Positions 57,382-64,000 of a stretch of 64,000 bases of DNA are shown here, in pieces; the stretch's first letter is position 1, and each line of letters opens with the position of its first letter. The DNA is taken from positions 576,001 to 640,000 of the forward strand of contig CALSNU010000001.1 in the NCBI GenBank assembly GCA_943787795.1. The letters run 5' to 3'. The DNA is from an uncultured bacterium. Its GTDB lineage: Bacteria > Planctomycetota > UBA1135 > GCA-002686595. The position numbers were made by a program, and so were the translations under genes. Below the pieces are notes generated by a model. That model did no database searches, was not told the DNA's origin, and worked only from the letters and a program-made list of their open reading frames with translations.

Positions 57382-57897
57382 ATGTCCGCGACGCTCCTCT
57401 GTCAGATCTTCCTGCCCATCTTCGGCCTCCTGGGACCGCTGCTGATCCTGGTCGGCCTCCCGGGGACCTGGCTCCTGCTGTTCTTCGCAGGCGTCGCCGA
57501 GTGGATCACCGAGCCTCGCCTCTTCGGGACCCCGGTGCTCGTCGCCGCGGTGGCCCTCGCCGTCGCGGGAGAGATCTGGGAGGCGCTGTCCTCCTCCCTT
57601 CGAGCTCGCCGTGCCGGCGCTGGTCGCAGGGGCTCGATCGGTGCCCTCGCGGGAGGGATTGGCGGCGCGCTGCTGGGCACCATGCTGATCCCCATCCCAG
57701 TGGTCGGGACCCTCGTCGGGGGCGGAGTCGGGGCCTTCGCACTGTCATCTGGGCTGGAGCGGAGCGGCGGCAAGTCCGCCGACAGCGCCTTTCGCATCGG
57801 ACGAGCCGCCGCCGCAGGCCACATGATCGGGCTCGCAGGCAAGCTCGTGGCCGGTGTGGTCATTTACGGCCTGCTCGTGACCGCGCTCTTCGTGTGA
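57382..57897 (+). CDS. DUF456 family membrane protein
   Basis: LPGTW motif, Gly-zipper TM helices and IPVVGTLVG. Confidence 0.8.
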   Translation: MSATLLCQIFLPIFGLLGPLLILVGLPGTWLLLFFAGVAEWITEPRLFGTPVLVAAVALAVAGEIWEALSSSLRARRAGAGRRGSIGALAGGIGGALLGTMLIPIPVVGTLVGGGVGAFALSSGLERSGGKSADSAFRIGRAAAAGHMIGLAGKLVAGVVIYGLLVTALFV

Positions 57898-57925
57898 GCG
57901 TGACCGGAGGTGCTACCTTGGCGCG

Positions 57926-60082
57926 ATGCGTCGACCCCTCCTCCTGATTGGACTCCTCGCTCTCTCCGCCGCAGCAGCGATCCAGGGAGACGAGTACCGG
58001 ACCGATCCGGTCGAAGCCCTCATCGCGACCACGCTCGCCGACCCGGAGGAGCGAGTTGACCGGCGAGCGGCGGCACTCGGATCGGCGGGAGCGGTCTCCG
58101 TGGAGTCCGGAGAGGACGGCGACGACCTCGTCCTGAAGGTCCCTTCGGTCCCCGCTATCGAGTTCGAGGTGCGCGGACCCGCGGATCACATCGGCGCGGT
58201 GAGCGCTGCCCGCGCGGCGGATGGTCGGTGGCTGGTGGCGTGGGACGAGTACCGCGGCGCCGTGGAGGAGGGAGCCTCCTTCGACGTGCTCGCCTGCTGG
58301 GTCGAGGTCGAGCCCGCCCCCGGGCCTGTGGGGGAGCCCTTTGTTGTCGCCGGAGGCCCCCGCTTTCAGGCTCGCCCGTCGCTCGCGACGGATGGCGAAG
58401 GGGCGGTCTGGATCGCCTGGGAGGAGGGGCCTCGTCACTGGGGCGGCGAGTACCGTTCGGTCGACACGCTCTGGAATAACGTCACCGATGATCTCGGACC
58501 GCTCCACACCTGGCGGACGAGTCACCTGGCCAAGGTCTTGGGCGACGGGAGCGTGGCCGAGGTGGAGGGCGGGGTTCCCATGCCCTCATTCGAGGCGGCC
58601 CTCGCCGCGCCGGAGCGCCGGGAGGGCGCCCGTCGGATCGGCGTGTTCTACGAGCGCCCCGAGATCGGGATGGATCACCGCGGCGGGCTCTGGCTCGCCT
58701 ACCGCCATGTGCACCAGGTCCAGCTCTCCAGCAAGGGCAAGACGCGCTCCCACGTCGAATATGGCTTCGCGGTCGACCTCCTGCGGCTGACGGGTCAGGG
58801 GTGGTCGGAGCCGGTCCGTCTTGACCAGCGTCAGCGTGACGGCGATCAACCCGTCCGCTTCACGAGGGACGGTCAGCAGACGCTGGTGGAATACACGATC
58901 GGGCGCAGCGATCGTCGTCGCGATCCGCAGGCCAAGGGGACCGTGCGCGCGGTCCTACCGGTCCCCGACGACGCTGCGGTCCCCCTGGGTGAGGTCCCGG
59001 TCTCGATCGCCCCGCCGACCCCGGCGGTCGCGCTCGCACCGCGCGACGTGGTTCGCGCCCGCCCGACGACCGTCGTGGGGGACCAGGGCTACGCGCTCTT
59101 CGCCGGGGACCTCCACCGACACACGGACCTGTCGCTCTGCTTCCCTTTCTATGACGGATCCCTGGACGACGCGTATCGCTACGCGCGCGGGCCCGGAGCC
59201 CTGGACTTCGTGGCGATCACGGACCACGCGAGGGACCTGGACCAGGGGAACGTGAACGGGCTGCCCTGGAAGCTGAGCGTCGCCGAGGCGGACCGACATC
59301 ACCTCCCGGGCCGCTTTGTGGCCTTTCACGCCTATGAACGGAGCCAGGGTGACACGGACCACAACGTGATCTCCCTCCGGCCTGACGTCTTGCGGCCTCA
59401 CCGCCCGCCGCTGCGGGAGTTCTGGGCGGAGTTTGACCCGGCTGAGGTCATGACCATCCCCCACGCCACCGCGGCGGTGGCGGGGCGCCGCTTCTGCGGC
59501 AACGTCTGGACGAAGCGGGATGACCAGCGCCGGCCGCTCGCCGAGGTCTACCAGGCTTTCCGTGACGTGGACTCCATGAAGGAGCTTCAGGTGCGAGCCC
59601 TCTCCGGCGGCCAGCGGTTCGGCTTCATCGCGAGCTCGGATCACCTCTCCACCTCTGGCGCCTACGCCTTCGTCTGGGTCCCCACGGAGGGGACCGCAGA
59701 GTCGTCGCTGGACCGGGAGCCGATCTTCGAGGCGTTCCGCGCGCGCCGCACCTATGGCGCCACCGCTCGTATCGAGCTGGAGGTTCGCTCAGGGGATCAG
59801 TGGATGGGGGAGGATCTCGCGGGGAGCGGCCCGTTTCCGATTCGGGTCCGGGCGCGCGGCTCGGCGAGCATCGCCCGGGTCGAGTTCTGGGATACGGGCT
59901 CCCTGGCTCACGTGATCGAGGCGGGGGGCGAGGCCTCCCTCGACCAGACCTGGTCCTGGAGGGGAGCTGCACCGGACGAGCACGGGTGGCTCATCGTCCG
60001 GCTCATCCAAGTGGACGGGCAGACGGCCTGGGCCTCCCCCTTCTTCTGTCGCTGGGAGAGGGCGGGCGACGCCCAGGACTGA
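57926..60082 (+). CDS. Secreted PHP-like metallohydrolase (DUF3604/CehA-McbA-like)
   Basis: Signal peptide; GDLHRHT, LDFVAITDH, IPH, GFIASSDH and RRTYGAT motifs. Confidence 0.8.
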   Translation: MRRPLLLIGLLALSAAAAIQGDEYRTDPVEALIATTLADPEERVDRRAAALGSAGAVSVESGEDGDDLVLKVPSVPAIEFEVRGPADHIGAVSAARAADGRWLVAWDEYRGAVEEGASFDVLACWVEVEPAPGPVGEPFVVAGGPRFQARPSLATDGEGAVWIAWEEGPRHWGGEYRSVDTLWNNVTDDLGPLHTWRTSHLAKVLGDGSVAEVEGGVPMPSFEAALAAPERREGARRIGVFYERPEIGMDHRGGLWLAYRHVHQVQLSSKGKTRSHVEYGFAVDLLRLTGQGWSEPVRLDQRQRDGDQPVRFTRDGQQTLVEYTIGRSDRRRDPQAKGTVRAVLPVPDDAAVPLGEVPVSIAPPTPAVALAPRDVVRARPTTVVGDQGYALFAGDLHRHTDLSLCFPFYDGSLDDAYRYARGPGALDFVAITDHARDLDQGNVNGLPWKLSVAEADRHHLPGRFVAFHAYERSQGDTDHNVISLRPDVLRPHRPPLREFWAEFDPAEVMTIPHATAAVAGRRFCGNVWTKRDDQRRPLAEVYQAFRDVDSMKELQVRALSGGQRFGFIASSDHLSTSGAYAFVWVPTEGTAESSLDREPIFEAFRARRTYGATARIELEVRSGDQWMGEDLAGSGPFPIRVRARGSASIARVEFWDTGSLAHVIEAGGEASLDQTWSWRGAAPDEHGWLIVRLIQVDGQTAWASPFFCRWERAGDAQD

Positions 60083-60111
60083 GCGTGGGGGGCGAGGCCT
60101 GCCGGGCGGGC

Positions 60112-60615
60112 TCAGCCCAGGCGCGCCGCGAAGGCCTCATGGAGCGCCTCGGGCATGACGCGCGGCCTCTTGGTGGAGAGATCGACGCACGCGAGCTCGA
60201 CGGTGGAGGACAGGAGGTGAGCGCGGGAGCCGTCCCGTTCGTTCCGGTGGATCTCGTAGCTGAAGGTGACCGAGGCAGAGCGCAGGGCAGAGACCCAGCA
60301 GCGGACCTGGAGGCGGTCCTCGTAGAACGCGGGGGCGCGGTACTTCAGCGCGATATTCCTCACGGGGAGGCCGATGCCGGCTCGCTCGACCTCTCCGTAC
60401 GGCGTGCCGTGAGCCCGCATGAGCCCGGTCCGCGCCTCCTCGAGATAGACGAGGTAGCTGCTGTGGTGCGCGACGCCCATCTGGTCGGTCTCGCTGTACC
60501 GGACCTCGACCTCGAGGACGAAGGCGGGCTCAACGCCCCCCGCCTGCTCGTGGAGATGCGAGGCAGGATCGGAGGGAACCGGATCCGGTGAGGCGCCGAG
60601 GGGAGACGGGGGCAT
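60112..60615 (-). CDS. YbgC/4HBT family acyl-CoA thioesterase
   Basis: VRYSETDQMGVAHHSSYLVYLEEAR motif; start uncertain. Confidence 0.9.
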   Translation of the reverse strand: MPPSPLGASPDPVPSDPASHLHEQAGGVEPAFVLEVEVRYSETDQMGVAHHSSYLVYLEEARTGLMRAHGTPYGEVERAGIGLPVRNIALKYRAPAFYEDRLQVRCWVSALRSASVTFSYEIHRNERDGSRAHLLSSTVELACVDLSTKRPRVMPEALHEAFAARLG

Positions 60616-60731
60616 GGGTCCAGCGTGACCCACAATCCGCCGAGCCACAACGTCCGAACGGCAGCGTAGCGCTGTTACGCCCAAAAAAAGACGAACCGGC
60701 CCGTCGCCTCCGGTTAGAACTCGCCGAGCCC

Positions 60732-61577
60732 ATGCCGAGCTCGGATCCCAGCAATCGAACCTCCGTGAACCCCAACGTCGCGGCCCTCCTGACCTGGCTG
60801 GTGCCGGGTGCGGGGCACTTCCTGCTGGGGCATATACGCTTCGCTGTGGCGGCGTTTGTGGTCGTTCAGGGGCTCTACGTTGCGGGCCTCGCTCTGACAG
60901 GAGGCGCCTTCCTGGACCTCCTCGCGCCGGAGATCCGGGGGCCCTTCGCCGGGGCCCTCACCCCTGAGGCCGGGAACGTCGGGGCCTTCTTCCTCCACGT
61001 GCGGCAGATTGACTTCAGCGACCTCGCCCCCGCTCCCTTTGGCCCAAGCCTCTATCTGGGGCTCGCGCTCACCTCGACCTCGGGGATCCTGAACCTGATC
61101 CTCGCGTCCAGGGCGCACTTCGATGCCCGCGCTCAGGCGGGTTCGGTGATCGAGGGGGCGGCGATTCACCCTGCGACGGCGGTCCTCTTCGGGTGGCTGA
61201 TCCCTGGCGCAGGCCACGTGTCTCAGGGGCGCATCGCGCGCGGACTGTTCAGCTTCCTCCTCATCACCGGGATGTTCGTGCTCGGGTGCCTGCTGGCAGA
61301 GGGGACCAACCTGGACCGGACCCGACACTTCTACTACTGGGCAGGCCAGACGCTGCTGGGCCCGACGGCCTTTGTGGCTGAGTTCTTCTCCGGGCACCCG
61401 GTCATGGAGATGCGGCCGCGGTACTCCGATGCTGGAGTCATGCTCGCCTCGGTCGCGGGTGTGCTCAACGTCCTGCTCCTGCTTGACGTCTACGGCTTCA
61501 GCGATTCAAAGCTCTTCGGACGCCCCCTCGCTACCGAGGTGAAGACCTCGCGGGGGGGGAAGCCGAAGGCCTCCTGA
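60732..61577 (+). CDS. Membrane protein with tandem duplicated DUF6677-like domains
   Basis: Two repeats: WLVPGAGH...SGILNL and WLIPGAGH...AGVLNV. Confidence 0.75.
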   Translation: MPSSDPSNRTSVNPNVAALLTWLVPGAGHFLLGHIRFAVAAFVVVQGLYVAGLALTGGAFLDLLAPEIRGPFAGALTPEAGNVGAFFLHVRQIDFSDLAPAPFGPSLYLGLALTSTSGILNLILASRAHFDARAQAGSVIEGAAIHPATAVLFGWLIPGAGHVSQGRIARGLFSFLLITGMFVLGCLLAEGTNLDRTRHFYYWAGQTLLGPTAFVAEFFSGHPVMEMRPRYSDAGVMLASVAGVLNVLLLLDVYGFSDSKLFGRPLATEVKTSRGGKPKAS

Positions 61578-61580
61578 ACC

Positions 61581-61781
61581 ATGGATGACCTCGGAATTCA
61601 CCTCGCGCTCTTCATGCTCTCGGCGGGCGTGATCGTCTCTGTGACCTGCATGTACACGGAGGCAGACGACGGGAAGGCCCTCCGCCTCTTCCCCCGTCGC
61701 TACGCGACCTTTGTGCTGGCCTCAGCGGCGATCGTGGTTGTGATGATCGTCATCCAGCAGACCCTGGCGTCGGTCCACTGA
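61581..61781 (+). CDS. Small 2-TM membrane protein
   Basis: Two hydrophobic helices; ATG 3 nt after the upstream stop. Confidence 0.65.
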   Translation: MDDLGIHLALFMLSAGVIVSVTCMYTEADDGKALRLFPRRYATFVLASAAIVVVMIVIQQTLASVH

Positions 61782-61908
61782 GACGGCGCGGGCAGCGCCG
61801 CTCAACCCGCGCGAACCCTCAGCGGGGGCAAGCCCTCAGCAGGCTCGATCTCTCCGCTCGTGCAGCCCCAAGACGGGCGGCGCTGTCCTTCGTGAGGAGG
61901 AGGGCTGG

Positions 61909-62967
61909 TCAACCGGAGGTGAGCCCGTGGAGTCCGCCGGCGCCACGCCGCACGATCCCGTCCAATTCCAATCCCGTGAGCGCCGCGAGGGTGACGTGGA
62001 GATCCAGGCCTGCTCTCTCGGCGACCTCGGCGGGGGTCAGGGTCTCCCCCTGAAGAGCCCGAAGGATCGCTAGCTGGAGCGGATCCTCTGCTCGAGGACC
62101 CTGGAGCCGCGTGGCCTGAAGTTCGGTATCCCGAGGTCGTGCATCTTCGGATCGGAAGTCGTCATCCCCGCGTGGCAGCCTCGGGGCTCTGGGCCCTTCG
62201 GTGAGGGCGTTGGCCCCCTCCGTCTGCGGCGCTCCTTCCGGTCTCGGGCGATCGTGGGGGAGCTTGAGTCCTCGGTGAGTGAGGACGCCGAAGGGGTCGA
62301 GGTCCCCGTAGACGTCCTCGAGCAGCATGCCCGGAGAGTCGACGGGGGTGGCCCCCTCGCGGATCAGGCGAGTGATCCCTCGGGACATGGGGTGGTCGAC
62401 TCGTCCCGGTATGGCGAGCACGTGCTGGCCCTGATCCGCGGCCCACCGTGCGGTGATCAGGGACCCTGACCTGTGGGCCGCTTCGACCACGAGCACCGCG
62501 TCGGCGAGGGCGGCCAGGATCCGGTTCCGGAGCGGGAAGTGGTGCCGGCGGGGCGGGGTGCCCGGTGGGTGCTCTGATACGAGGAGCCCATCTCGGGCGA
62601 CCCGTTCAGCGGTGGGGCCAGCGGGCCAGGGGCGATCCACTCCACAGCCGAGCACCGCCAGCGTGGCGCCACCCGATTCCAGGGCGGCGAGGTGGGCGGC
62701 TTCATCCACTCCTCGAGCGAGGCCGCTGACCACGCAGACGCCGGCTCGCGCCAGCTCACGGCCAAAGCGCGTCGCCTGGGCGAGGCCGTAGGGGGTCGGT
62801 GCGCGGCTGCCGACGATGGCGATGCGTGGGGCGGAAGAGATGAGCGACTTACGGCCGCGCAGCCAGAGCGCTTCGGGCGGAGCTGCGACGGCCTGCATCC
62901 GCTCCGGCCAGAGGGCGGCGCCCTCCCTCAAGCACATGATCCCCGAGTCCTGTTCCTCATCATTCAC
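61909..62967 (-). CDS. dprA: DNA processing protein DprA
   Basis: AIVGSR, VSGLARGVD, FPLRNRI, SGSLITA and LIREGA motifs; C-terminal wHTH. Confidence 0.93.
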   Translation of the reverse strand: MNDEEQDSGIMCLREGAALWPERMQAVAAPPEALWLRGRKSLISSAPRIAIVGSRAPTPYGLAQATRFGRELARAGVCVVSGLARGVDEAAHLAALESGGATLAVLGCGVDRPWPAGPTAERVARDGLLVSEHPPGTPPRRHHFPLRNRILAALADAVLVVEAAHRSGSLITARWAADQGQHVLAIPGRVDHPMSRGITRLIREGATPVDSPGMLLEDVYGDLDPFGVLTHRGLKLPHDRPRPEGAPQTEGANALTEGPRAPRLPRGDDDFRSEDARPRDTELQATRLQGPRAEDPLQLAILRALQGETLTPAEVAERAGLDLHVTLAALTGLELDGIVRRGAGGLHGLTSG

Positions 62968-63003
62968 ATGATGGGGACGGCGAGCGCCTCGAGGGGTGGC
63001 AGG

Positions 63004-63939
63004 TCAGCCTCGATCGCTGCGCTTCTTTCGTCGCTCGTAGGTGCGGTCCTCGCCCCAGAACCGCGCCCACTGCACGGCGAAGTCGCCGGAGAGCTTCGGG
63101 GGCTGCCCGGGAACCTCGAAGCTCCGCCGGTTGGCCTCCCACCACTGGAGCCACCGATCCGGGTTCTTCCCGGCGTCCGTACCGGTGAGGTAGATCAGGG
63201 CCGGGCGGATGTTCGCGAGGCGGCCTCGGAGGCGCTTGGCGTCGGTCTTCTTCATCTCGCCAAAAATCGCCTTGGCGGCGGCGGTGGAGCGGGCGTTGGC
63301 GACCGCGAAGACCCTGGCCCGGCGGATCATGGAGTTCTCCTCCTCAAAGGCGCCCTTGATCAGGAGCGGGATGACCTCGGAAGACCGGTGTCGACCCATG
63401 GCGCGGATCACCTCCTCCTGCAGGCCGGGGTTCTTTGCGAGCGCCTTCCTGCGTCGCGTCGCAAAGCGGCGCAGCGCGTCGAGGGCCTGCTCCTCGGTCA
63501 TCTGGCCAAGGAGCTCGGCGGCGATCATCGCGAGGTCGTTGGACTTGCCTTCAAGCACCTTCCCGAACACCTTGATGACCTCGGGGTAGGGCGTCTTCGC
63601 AGCGTCGACGAGGGCGGCTTGCCGCTCGTTGGCTTCCTCGGACCGGAGCCCGTCGGTGAGCTTCTTCACTGCCGCCTTCTCCCTGGCGGCCCGTTGCTTG
63701 GCTGTCTCCTTCTCGTCCGCTGCTGGCTCCTGGGTCGAGAGGAGTGGCGATCCCCCTGCGCCCGCCTGCGATCCCCCTGCGCCCGCCTGTGGTATCAGGG
63801 CGTTCAGCGGCGCAGCTTCGAGGTGCACGGCGTTGAGATCGACCGCCTCGGGGGATGCCGCCTTGGAGGGCGCCGCCGCGGACCGCGGACTCAAGGTCAC
63901 GCCAGCGGAGAGGACCGTGATGAGGAGAGCGAGGCGCAT
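63004..63939 (-). CDS. Secreted HEAT-repeat protein
   Basis: Signal peptide, helical repeats and LTG....WLQWW motif; contains a 21-nt duplication (QAGAGGS x2). Confidence 0.72.
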   Translation of the reverse strand: MRLALLITVLSAGVTLSPRSAAAPSKAASPEAVDLNAVHLEAAPLNALIPQAGAGGSQAGAGGSPLLSTQEPAADEKETAKQRAAREKAAVKKLTDGLRSEEANERQAALVDAAKTPYPEVIKVFGKVLEGKSNDLAMIAAELLGQMTEEQALDALRRFATRRRKALAKNPGLQEEVIRAMGRHRSSEVIPLLIKGAFEEENSMIRRARVFAVANARSTAAAKAIFGEMKKTDAKRLRGRLANIRPALIYLTGTDAGKNPDRWLQWWEANRRSFEVPGQPPKLSGDFAVQWARFWGEDRTYERRKKRSDRG

Positions 63940-64000
63940 GGGTCAGGGGAGGGGAGAGGTCGGTGGCTGGTTCCAGGAGCGGACGCTCCAGAGCCCGGAG

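Overview
High-GC (about 70%) bacterial chromosomal window with no rRNA, tRNA, CRISPR array or mobile element that I could see. Gene content and the recurring secreted-protein architecture suggest Planctomycetota; this is an inference. About 55 CDS are supported, including housekeeping genes (miaE, acyP, pta, pyk, upp, gpmI, fdxA, ybaK, dprA), glcDEF, an acyl-CoA beta-oxidation-type trio, atuA-like genes, an iscR-S-U-A-hscB-hscA-iscX operon without fdx, and many secreted or membrane proteins. Main points the ORF track misses: (1) two selenoproteins read through in-frame TGA, a SelW/Rdx protein (CxxU, 13853..14083) and a secreted TlpA-like protein (UxxC, 679..2340), each followed by a 6-bp hairpin with the same CC-GGTCT-GG cap (putative SECIS); (2) a three-gene module of a MinD/FlhG-like ATPase, a ParA/Soj-like ATPase and an 847-aa acidic, probably disordered protein with two HhH-like domains, a candidate undescribed positioning system; (3) a shared ~130-aa C-terminal domain on two unrelated secreted hydrolases, a candidate sorting domain; (4) a glycogen synthase homologue lacking its catalytic motifs; (5) a repeated leaderless-promoter pattern.
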